Part shown: positions 25,483 to 33,614 of the stretch, piece by piece
Layout: each line of letters begins with the position of its first letter
Numbering within the stretch: the first letter of the stretch is position 1
Made by a program: the position numbers and the translations under genes
The notes under the pieces: model-generated
The model's input: only the letters and a program-made list of their open reading frames with translations
Told to the model about the DNA's origin: nothing
Database searches by the model: none
Assembly: GCA_965228735.1 (NCBI GenBank)
Contig: OZ245838.1
Span: forward strand, 4,080,011 to 4,144,010
Reading direction: 5' to 3'
DNA: 64,000 nucleotides
DNA from: Planctomycetota bacterium
GTDB lineage: Bacteria; Planctomycetota; UBA1135; UBA2386

Positions 25483-26744
25483 GCAAGGGGCGCGAGCGCT
25501 CCCGCACCGGCGGGTCGCCGCGCGGGCTGCGCGGCGAGGCGCTCGTCCTCGCCCTGCGAGCGGCGCGCGAGCGCACGCTGGCGGCCGTGAACGACCTCGA
25601 CGACGCGCAGTGGCGCGTGCCGTTCGACCCCGGCATCCAGCCCGTGGCGTGGGACCTAGCGCACGTCGGCTGGTTCGCCGAGTTCTGGATGCTCCGCGGG
25701 CCGCACCGAATCGCGCACGACGGCATCGTCCGCGCCGACCGCGGTGCGCGGCTCTTGCCGCCCGACGAGCACTATGACTCCGCGCAGATCGACCACCGCG
25801 ACCGCTGGCAGATCGCGCTCTATCCCCGCGCGACGCTCCTCGAACGCCTCGCCGATCAGCTCGAGGCGTGCTGCCAACATGCACGATCAACAACTGGCGG
25901 CGACGAACTGTGGAGTGCACGCATGAGCCTCTACCACGAGTGCATGCACCACGAGGCGTTGCTCTGGACGCGCGATCGCCTCGGTTACCCGGCAGTCGAT
26001 GGCTACGCGATGCCGGCGCGGCCATCCCGAGGTGGCGACGACCGCGGGCTCCCCCTCGATGGCGGCGTGCAGGAACTCGGTCGCGACCCCGCGCACGAGT
26101 TCGCGTTCGACAACGAACAGCCACTCTCACGCCATCGCATCGCCCCGTTCCGCATCGACCGCACGCTCGTGACCAACGGTCAGTTCCTCGAGTTCGTCAC
26201 TGCTGGCGGCTACCGCGAACCGCGCTACTGGATGGGCCCGGCCGCGACCTACCGCGCGCGCATCGAGCGCGAGCACCCGGAGCGTTGGCGCCGGGCCGGC
26301 GGCCAGCAGGACGGCAACGAGTTCGAACACCGCTGGTTCGCCGAATGGCGCCCGCTCGCGCTCGACGAGCCGATCTGCCACCTCAGCGCGTTCGAGGCCG
26401 AAGCCTACTGCGCGTTCCGTGGCCGCCGCCTGCCGAGCGCGGCCGAATGGGAACACGCGGCCGCGGTCACGGCGAACACCGAGAACACCGCGCACGGGGC
26501 GAGCGCGGACTTCGATTGGGGTGGCACGGTGTGGGAGTGGACGTCGACCCCGTTCGCGCCGTATCCGTTCTTTCGGCCTGGTCCGTACACGACCTACTCC
26601 GCGCCGTGGTTCGGGAGCCAGCGCGAGACCCGCGGCGGCGCGTTCGCAACCGACCCGCTGCTCCACGACCGCGCCTACCGCAACTTCTTCCTGCCGTTTC
26701 GCACCGACGTCTTCACCGGCTTTCGCACGGCAGTGGACGGGTAA
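25479..26744 (+). CDS. egtB: EgtB-like hercynine sulfoxide synthase (DinB-like + FGE-sulfatase fold)
   Basis: GTG start overlaps the egtD stop (GTGA at 25479-25482), in frame with track ORF 24795..26744. N-domain His ligands WDLAHVGWF and YHECMHHEA. C-domain RLPSAAEWEHAA, GTVWEWT, RGGAF. Confidence 0.88.
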   Translation: MSKGRERSRTGGSPRGLRGEALVLALRAARERTLAAVNDLDDAQWRVPFDPGIQPVAWDLAHVGWFAEFWMLRGPHRIAHDGIVRADRGARLLPPDEHYDSAQIDHRDRWQIALYPRATLLERLADQLEACCQHARSTTGGDELWSARMSLYHECMHHEALLWTRDRLGYPAVDGYAMPARPSRGGDDRGLPLDGGVQELGRDPAHEFAFDNEQPLSRHRIAPFRIDRTLVTNGQFLEFVTAGGYREPRYWMGPAATYRARIEREHPERWRRAGGQQDGNEFEHRWFAEWRPLALDEPICHLSAFEAEAYCAFRGRRLPSAAEWEHAAAVTANTENTAHGASADFDWGGTVWEWTSTPFAPYPFFRPGPYTTYSAPWFGSQRETRGGAFATDPLLHDRAYRNFFLPFRTDVFTGFRTAVDG

Positions 26745-26765
26745 CGCGGAGGTCCAACGCGCCCG

Positions 26766-29045
26766 CTACGCGGGCAGCGGCAGAGGCTGCGGCGCACCGG
26801 CGGAAACCGGCAACCCGACCGCCGATGCCGGCGCCGACGCGGCCACGAGGGGCACGATGGGTTCGCTGCACTCCCGACCCTGCGCCGACAGACAACCCGC
26901 GAGCCGTTCGATGGCGGCTGCAGCGTCACTCCACCGGAACCGCTCGCGCACGGCAGCCGCGTTCGACTGCGCCGTCGCAGTTCGCGCCGGCAGGTCGCGC
27001 AGCGTCTCGACGAGCAACCGAGCCGCCGCATCGGGGTCGGGCTCGAGCACCCAGGGCGTGCCCACGTGCGAGCCGGGCAACTCGAGCTCACGACGGGTCG
27101 CCGGGATCGGCCACGCGCCAGGCACTTCGAGCATCGCATCCGCGCCGCCACCGGACGTCGTGATCACCGGCAGACCGACCACTCGAGCCTCGAGGACGGG
27201 CAGCCCGAAGCCCTCACCGCGATACGGATGCAGCAACACGTCGCAGGCGCGGTAGAGCCCGGCGAGCTCCCGCCGCGCGAGCGGTGCGTCGACGACGTGC
27301 AGCGGCGGTGTTCCCGCGGTGTCGCGGAACCGCTCGATCAAGTCGCCGAGATGGAACTGACCGTAGTGCCGATCGCGACCGACCGACTTCACGACGACGA
27401 CGAAGTCGAGCCCCGCGGCGCGCGCCGCGAGCACGGTGCGCATGAACACGTCGAAGCCCTTGCGCCACACGAGCCCGCCGCAGAACAGCACCGCGGGCCG
27501 GTCCCCCTTCCATTGGACCAGGTCAGCAGCCGGCGCGACGTTCTGGTGCATCACTTCGTCGACGCCGTGCGGCACGAGCGCGATCGTCGCCGGATCCCGC
27601 CCGGCAGCAGCAACGCAATCGCGAACGTGCGCGCTGTGCACGACCACGACGTCGGCGTCCTGCGTCACGTGCGGCGTGAGATCGACCGGCAACGCGCCGT
27701 ATTCCCAATCGACGCGCAAACCGAACACGCGACAGTCGGGGCGGTCGACGCGCGGCGGCCAGCCGGCCGCGAGCCACAGGTCGGCGCGGCCCGGCTGCCG
27801 CGACAGGCACGACTCGAGTTCGGGAGCACGCCGCCGGAACGCCGCGAGCCCGTGCTCGAACGGCCCCCGCGGCACCAGCCGCAGATCGACGTTGCCGCGT
27901 TGCTGCAGCGCCCGCGCGGTCTCGATCGTGAGTTCGGCGCTCGACGAGGTCTCGAAGAACGGTGCCTCGAGCACGACGACCGGTCTCGTATCACCGAGCG
28001 CCCGCGGCACCGCCGGCGCCGGTGCCGGTCGCCCGCGAACGAAGTTCTCCACGACGTGCCGCCGCCCGCGATCGCCGACCATCGCGCCGCCGCGCCCGAA
28101 CGCCGCTTCCACGGCCGCGATCAGCGCATCGACATCGGGCTCGAAGCGGTCGCCGGTTCGCGTGCCACCGATCCGGCTCGCGACACCCGGCACCGCGATG
28201 GCCGGGGCGGCCGATGGGCTCGCGCTCACGCATACCGGGCGGCCGCTCGCGAGCCACTGGATGAGTTCTTCGGCCGCGGGCACGGCGCGCGCGGGCACCA
28301 GGATCGCAGCCGCGTCGACGCAGTGCTCGGGCCCGAATCGACCGCGGACGATGTCGACCTTGCCGGGCGACAGCCGGGCCCGCTGCAGCAGTTGCGCCGC
28401 CCGTTCGCCCGCCACTCCGAGGTCGACGGCGTCCTCCGGCCAGACGATGCGCAGCCTACGATCCGCTCGCGCGAGCCCCGCCGCCCATGCCGCCAGCACG
28501 AGATCGGTGCCGCCGCGGTCCACGTCATACGCCGAATGAACGATCGTGTCGCGCGGGCCGTCGCTCGGAATCGCGAGCCACGGCGCTATCCGCGCCTCAC
28601 TGGCGGCGCCCGCGGGCGCGTCGTTGCCGCCCCAGCGCAGCTCGCCGAGCACCCGGTCCAGCACATCGACGGGCGCCCGGCTCGGCGCGGCCGCGAGCAC
28701 GACACAGGCCCGGGGCCACTCGAGGCCAGCGAGGCGCGTGGCGTCGTCGAGGACGGACTCCGCCCCGAACACCACGAGCGGCGCGGTGCTCGCCACCGGC
28801 GTATCCGCCGCGCGCATGAGCAGCTGGATCTCGGCTGCCGGCAGGCGGGTGCCCACCTCGAGGTCGCGCACACCGTCCGTCAGCGGAATCGCGGTCTCAC
28901 CCGCGAGCGGCGGCCGCGTCCGCACCGCGCCGAGCGCCAGCGAACACTGCAGCCCAGAGCCGTTCGCCAGACGCAGGAAGGTGCGCAGGAGGTTCGCCGC
29001 CGCATCCTCCCCGAAGGGATCGCCGTAGATGCGAACGTGGCTCAT
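26766..29045 (-). CDS. Large glycosyltransferase, GT4 (GT-B) signature in C-terminal half
   Basis: 759 aa. C-terminal half carries LLHPYRGEGFGLPVLEARVVGLPVITT (E-x7-E GT4 motif). The N-terminal half looks like a second, degenerate GT-B-like module. Confidence 0.75.
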   Translation of the reverse strand: MSHVRIYGDPFGEDAAANLLRTFLRLANGSGLQCSLALGAVRTRPPLAGETAIPLTDGVRDLEVGTRLPAAEIQLLMRAADTPVASTAPLVVFGAESVLDDATRLAGLEWPRACVVLAAAPSRAPVDVLDRVLGELRWGGNDAPAGAASEARIAPWLAIPSDGPRDTIVHSAYDVDRGGTDLVLAAWAAGLARADRRLRIVWPEDAVDLGVAGERAAQLLQRARLSPGKVDIVRGRFGPEHCVDAAAILVPARAVPAAEELIQWLASGRPVCVSASPSAAPAIAVPGVASRIGGTRTGDRFEPDVDALIAAVEAAFGRGGAMVGDRGRRHVVENFVRGRPAPAPAVPRALGDTRPVVVLEAPFFETSSSAELTIETARALQQRGNVDLRLVPRGPFEHGLAAFRRRAPELESCLSRQPGRADLWLAAGWPPRVDRPDCRVFGLRVDWEYGALPVDLTPHVTQDADVVVVHSAHVRDCVAAAGRDPATIALVPHGVDEVMHQNVAPAADLVQWKGDRPAVLFCGGLVWRKGFDVFMRTVLAARAAGLDFVVVVKSVGRDRHYGQFHLGDLIERFRDTAGTPPLHVVDAPLARRELAGLYRACDVLLHPYRGEGFGLPVLEARVVGLPVITTSGGGADAMLEVPGAWPIPATRRELELPGSHVGTPWVLEPDPDAAARLLVETLRDLPARTATAQSNAAAVRERFRWSDAAAAIERLAGCLSAQGRECSEPIVPLVAASAPASAVGLPVSAGAPQPLPLPA

Positions 29046-29373
29046 CGCGCCGTGTCATCGGTGGTTTCCCGACCCGAACATGATCCGAATTCGCCGGGCC
29101 GGGACCCCGGCGACTCCCCCGGCCACGGCAGGCCCCGCAAGGTGTTTCGCGGCCGGCACTTGGCGCGCGCCCGGCGGCCCCGTGCACACTCAATGCACCA
29201 GCTACTGGCGTGGGACCGGCGCAGTGGCAAGATCGCGGGCAATGCCCCCTGAGCCGCGCTCCCACCCCGACCGCCGCGCCGCGACGCTGGCGACCGCTGA
29301 GTCGGCGGATCCGCGACCGGCACCGGAGAACGGTGCGTTCCTGGTGCCAGGGCCCGGCGCCCGCGACTGCCGC

Positions 29374-30225
29374 ATGGACCTCAAGCTGCTGATGTGGCGC
29401 GCGCGCGCCGCGGCACAACGGTCGCAGGCCGCGGCGCAACATCTCGACCGCTTCGATCCGAAGACCCGGCCCGACCTCTGGGCCGGCACGGTGCAGGACG
29501 GGACGGCGCGCGGCTTCGCCGCGGCGCTCGAGGAGGCGATCGATCTGGCCGGGGCACCACCGGCCCCCGAACCGGCCGAGCCCGGCGGTCCGCTCGCGAA
29601 TCCCGAACAGCCCGTCCAGGAGTTCACCGGCCGCGAGCTCCGCCGGAAGAAGGATCTCCTCGTCGCGAGCGGCGGTCCGCGGGTGCGGTTCTCGCGCCGC
29701 GAGGGCCTGCTGTTCGTCGACCGTTCGAGCGCCACCAACTCGCCGAACTGTCTGCGGTTCGAAGCCCGCCGGGATCACGGCACGCTCGACGACTTCGTCG
29801 CCGACGCCGACGAACGGCCGCGGCTGTTCTCGGCCCAGTTCCTGCAACCGGTGCGTTACTGCGCTGGCCCGGGCGGCACCCGGCTCGAACTCGGCGGCCG
29901 GCTCGGCCGCGGGCCCGTCGGCTGGCCCATGACGCTGACGATCGCCGGGGCACCGACCAACGCCGAACTGCGCCTGACCCTCCGCATCGAGACGTGCCCG
30001 CCGGACTGGCGCCTGCGCGCCCGCTTTCTCGGACTGCGGCCAGAACACCTCGTCCACGAGTGCGAAGACGTGCGCGACGTGGTGCAGAGTGACGCGGGCG
30101 GGTTCGTCGCGTTCACGTTGGCACGGCCGAGCGCTGCGTTGCTGGTCGACGGCGAACCGGTCGCGGTCCCGGCCGCGGCGCGACTCGGACCGCTGGTGCA
30201 CGACTTCGTGCTGCGATCAGGATGA
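29374..30225 (+). CDS. Hypothetical protein resembling only the C-terminal part of GH38 alpha-mannosidases (possible remnant)
   Basis: ATG at 29374 within track ORF 29029..30225 (start uncertain). Segments LRFEARRDHGTLDDF and PPDWRLRARFLG resemble GH38 central/C-terminal motifs (E..D.GD.Y ; DHRLRV.F). No catalytic N-domain is encoded upstream. Confidence 0.45.
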   Translation: MDLKLLMWRARAAAQRSQAAAQHLDRFDPKTRPDLWAGTVQDGTARGFAAALEEAIDLAGAPPAPEPAEPGGPLANPEQPVQEFTGRELRRKKDLLVASGGPRVRFSRREGLLFVDRSSATNSPNCLRFEARRDHGTLDDFVADADERPRLFSAQFLQPVRYCAGPGGTRLELGGRLGRGPVGWPMTLTIAGAPTNAELRLTLRIETCPPDWRLRARFLGLRPEHLVHECEDVRDVVQSDAGGFVAFTLARPSAALLVDGEPVAVPAAARLGPLVHDFVLRSG

Positions 30226-30343
30226 CGGGCGGCAAGCCTGCCAGGCGCCACGCCCGTCGGAGAGCGCACCCGGCAACGTGAACCCGATTCGCTACGGATC
30301 GGTTTCGGTAGGGCCGGTTCGGTACGGGCCGGCTCGATGCGGT

Positions 30344-31990
30344 TCAGCTGGGCTTCCAGTACTCGTTGCCGTCGCGATCCCAGATCTGGTAGCCGATGTC
30401 CATGCGTTCGGCGAGTTCGATCAGGGCTGCGATGTGGTCGCCGTAGACGAAGCCGAGGTGATTCGATGGCCAGCGTTTGCCGAGCACCTTGTCCGACACC
30501 GGCACCCTGCCTTCGATGATCGGCCAGCTCGGGTTGTAGTCGTTGTGCCGTGACTTCTTGACGGCCGTCGTGCGCATCAGCGTCGCGACGAGGTAGAGCC
30601 GACCGTTCTCGACCCCGAGCCGCGCGACCGTGACGTCCTGATCCGCTGCCGTGCGCATGCGGACCGCGGCGCCGCCGGCGGCGTAGAAGTGCTCCTGCCC
30701 CGGGTACTCGACCTCGCTGAGCTTGCTCGCCGTCGAGTCGTCTTCGTGACCGGCGTAGTAGACCGGATGCTGACCGCAGTTCACGATCGCGAGCAGGGTC
30801 TGGCCGCGCTTGTCCGTCTTGACGTAGCGGAAGTCGCCGAAGCCCGCCGGCTTGCCGGCGAGCTCCTTCAGCAGGTACTGCGAATACATCGTCGGCAGAT
30901 CCGTCTCGCAGCTCGTCGGGATCATCTGCTTCTTGCGACCGAGCGGGTCGACGTCGTTGCCGAGGAACGACGTCGCCATGCAACACGTCGCGTAGCGACC
31001 GCTGCACTCGTCCTGACACTTGATCGTGACCGCGCCCGCGCCCTTCTCGCGCGCGATGTCGAACGTTGCGTAGTACATCGCGATCTGCAGCGCGTACTTG
31101 TCACGCGTCACGGTTCGGCCACGGATCACGCCGAAGCGCTTCGGGTCGGTGTCGTAGTTGGCGCCGACGGCCCGACGAACGCGGGCGTCGCGGATGCGTT
31201 CGATATCCGAAAGTCCGGGCTGTCCCGCCCAGTCGAACATCTCGAACGCGCGGTCGAGGAAGACCTGCTGGTCGAGGCTCTCGCTCGTGATTCCCCACCG
31301 CCGGGTCAGCTCCTCCTGGTCGATCCGCGTCGTCGGCATCTTGAGGGAGAACGAGCCGAACTCGAGCGCGTGCAGCTTGTGCAGCCCTTCGACGACCTTC
31401 TTGACCCGTTGCTCCTGCGCCGCGCGCTGCGCGAACATCGCGAGGGCGGCCTCGAGTTCGCCGAACGCCTGCGCGCCCTCGAAGTCGCCGTAGACGTGCA
31501 CGAACGACTCGCCGTTCTGGTTGAACGAACCGCCCGTCGCCATGCCCGACACCATGCCTGGCACGGTCGTGTCCTGGATCGACATCAGCACGAGCCGCGG
31601 CTTCGCGGTCGCGTCCGTGGCCTTGAGCTTCTGCGCGTAGGCGGCGACGACCTTCTGGCTCGTCTGCGGAAACGTCCACGTCTGATGCACGTTGACGAGT
31701 GCATCGACACCGACCTTCGCGAACTCGGCCGCGTACTGCTCGCACAACGCGGTCGAATGGCACAGTCGGTCGTAGCCCGCGAGTTTCTTCCCGGGATACA
31801 CGACGTCGTACTTGCCGGTCTTCTGCAGGCGTTGGATCAACCGTTGCATCACTCCGATATCGTGCTCGGCGTGATCGCGCATGACCCAGGGGCGCGGGTC
31901 GTAACCCGAGAACACGCCGACGCGGATCTTGCGCGGGCGTGAAGGAGAAGAACGCGAAGCGCGCTTCGCGGCCGTGGTCCGGGCAGTCAT
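30344..31990 (-). CDS. L-fucose/L-arabinose isomerase family protein
   Basis: 548 aa. IRVGVFSGYDPRPW start, mid-region AVTIKCQDECSGRYATCCMATSFL and C-terminal NHLGFVYGDH resemble the FucI-like sugar isomerase family. Confidence 0.6.
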   Translation of the reverse strand: MTARTTAAKRASRSSPSRPRKIRVGVFSGYDPRPWVMRDHAEHDIGVMQRLIQRLQKTGKYDVVYPGKKLAGYDRLCHSTALCEQYAAEFAKVGVDALVNVHQTWTFPQTSQKVVAAYAQKLKATDATAKPRLVLMSIQDTTVPGMVSGMATGGSFNQNGESFVHVYGDFEGAQAFGELEAALAMFAQRAAQEQRVKKVVEGLHKLHALEFGSFSLKMPTTRIDQEELTRRWGITSESLDQQVFLDRAFEMFDWAGQPGLSDIERIRDARVRRAVGANYDTDPKRFGVIRGRTVTRDKYALQIAMYYATFDIAREKGAGAVTIKCQDECSGRYATCCMATSFLGNDVDPLGRKKQMIPTSCETDLPTMYSQYLLKELAGKPAGFGDFRYVKTDKRGQTLLAIVNCGQHPVYYAGHEDDSTASKLSEVEYPGQEHFYAAGGAAVRMRTAADQDVTVARLGVENGRLYLVATLMRTTAVKKSRHNDYNPSWPIIEGRVPVSDKVLGKRWPSNHLGFVYGDHIAALIELAERMDIGYQIWDRDGNEYWKPS

Positions 31991-32065
31991 GAGCGCCGCA
32001 GTCTACTCGACATCAACTCGGGCTCGCGATACGTTGCGGGATCCCGTCCCCCGCCTCTCTGTCTC

Positions 32066-33586
32066 ATGTCGGAAGTTGCCTGGTTCAGCGCTGGCGCAGT
32101 CGTTGCGGCCGCCGTTGCCTGGAGCATCGGTCGCTGGCGCGCAGGCGACGAGAATCGGCGCCGGATGCGAAGCTCGATCCAGGTCGACGCCGACGGCATC
32201 GCGGCGGACCGCCGGGCAAGCGCGAGCCAGACCGTCGATCGACCCGTTGGCGAAGACGCGCTCGGCGAGGGTGCACGCCATCTCGTTGATGAACGGCTGG
32301 CTGATGAACGGCTGGCTGATGAACGGCTGGCTGATGAACGGCTGGCTGGCAAGAACGGTCCGGACGCGGCAGCGCCGGTCGTCGACCTGCAGCAGTTCTC
32401 GGACCCAGGGCCGAACGGCGATTTCGACGGCGAACGCAGCGACGATCACGACACGCCACACGCGCTGTCGATCGACGCAACACCGCCCGACGACGTCGAC
32501 GGCCCACGCGTCGCACGTTCCGTCGCTCGCGAGATCGCCGACGTCGCGTCCGCCGTCGAAGGCAGCGCGTTCGACCTCGTCGAGGCTGCCCCCGAACCAG
32601 AGCGGGTGCCGCGCGCGGCCGAACGCTTCCTCGGCGCCGTGCAGCGACTCCGCGATCTGCACGCCAAGCTCGTGTCGTACGGCACGGAAGCGTCGCCGAG
32701 TGACGGCACTGCCGACTTCCGCGAGGTCGTAGACGGGCTCAAGGAAGAACTGCAGCACCTCCGACTCGGACTCGAGCTCGACACGGAGCTCCCGGCGAAT
32801 CTGCCCGTGCTCGCGTGCAGCCCGAGTATCGCGCGCAACATCCTGCTCTTCGCGTGCTCGGCGATGTTCCGATCCGAACCCGGGGCGACCAACCTGACGA
32901 TCTCCGCGGAACGCTCGCTCGTCGAGAACGAGCCGCGCCTCCGAATCGAGATGCTGCTCGAATGGGTCGTGGATCCGCGTGACGGTGCGCACCCGGCGCC
33001 GCACGAGTCCGACGTCGCGTTGGCGATCGAGGCCGCGCGCCGGCTGGCCGAAGGCCATGGCGGCAAGATCCGGATGGACCGGCCGGCCGATCGGGTGATC
33101 CGGACGAGCTTGCGCCTGCCCGCGTCGGTGCGGCCGCAGGAGTCCGAGCCGGAGACCGGCGAATCACGCACGGGGGCCGTTCACGTCCGGGCGGGCGCAG
33201 CAGCGCAGCAGCACGACTTCGGCGGCGCGCTCGTCGTCGAGGCCGACCCCGACGTGCGGGCGATGCTGGCGCGCGAGCTGCGAGCCCGCGGTCGGGCCGT
33301 GTTCGCGTGCGCGGACGGCAGCTCCGCGCGCACGTTCCTCGAAGCGACCCCGCAGCGGTTCGAACTGCTCATCGTCGACCAGGAACATCGACTCGAGGAC
33401 CGCGACGCGCTCGGCGAGACGATCCGGCGCCTGACCCCGGAACTCAAGATCTGCGTTCTCGGCCCGGCGGCCCAGGCGGCGGCGAGCGACACGACCGAGC
33501 CCGCATGGCCCGAAGTCTGCCGCCTGCAGAAGCCGTTCGGCGTCCACGAACTGCGGCGCGCACTCGCCTCCGTTCTCGACGCTTGA
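32066..33586 (+). CDS. Membrane-anchored degenerate histidine-kinase-like protein fused to a receiver domain
   Basis: N-terminal TM (VAWFSAGAVVAAAVAW). DHp-like helix where the usual G-x-A-H-D/E-x-N-N reads SVAREIAD (Arg in place of His). HATPase_c-like remnant (AEGHGGKIRMD...SLRLP) without a clear DxGxG G1 box. C-terminal receiver (ALVVEADPDVR...ELLIVDQ...LQKPF). Confidence 0.7.
   Translation: MSEVAWFSAGAVVAAAVAWSIGRWRAGDENRRRMRSSIQVDADGIAADRRASASQTVDRPVGEDALGEGARHLVDERLADERLADERLADERLAGKNGPDAAAPVVDLQQFSDPGPNGDFDGERSDDHDTPHALSIDATPPDDVDGPRVARSVAREIADVASAVEGSAFDLVEAAPEPERVPRAAERFLGAVQRLRDLHAKLVSYGTEASPSDGTADFREVVDGLKEELQHLRLGLELDTELPANLPVLACSPSIARNILLFACSAMFRSEPGATNLTISAERSLVENEPRLRIEMLLEWVVDPRDGAHPAPHESDVALAIEAARRLAEGHGGKIRMDRPADRVIRTSLRLPASVRPQESEPETGESRTGAVHVRAGAAAQQHDFGGALVVEADPDVRAMLARELRARGRAVFACADGSSARTFLEATPQRFELLIVDQEHRLEDRDALGETIRRLTPELKICVLGPAAQAAASDTTEPAWPEVCRLQKPFGVHELRRALASVLDA
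32288..32347. repeat. Perfect 15-bp x 4 tandem repeat (gatgaacggctggct) inside the HK-like gene, encoding (DERLA)4
   Basis: Read directly: four identical consecutive copies at 32288-32302, 32303-32317, 32318-32332 and 32333-32347. Confidence 0.98.
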
Positions 33587-33614
33587 TAGGCTCGGCCGCT
33601 CGGAGGAACCCAAG

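Noticed and set aside
25479-26744. FGE-sulfatase-fold protein as the formylglycine-generating maturase for the sulfatase at 46230..48275
   Set aside because: The N-terminal DinB-like domain with its His ligands, and the 4-nt coupling to egtD, identify it as an EgtB-type sulfoxide synthase, not an FGE. It lies 20 kb from the sulfatase.
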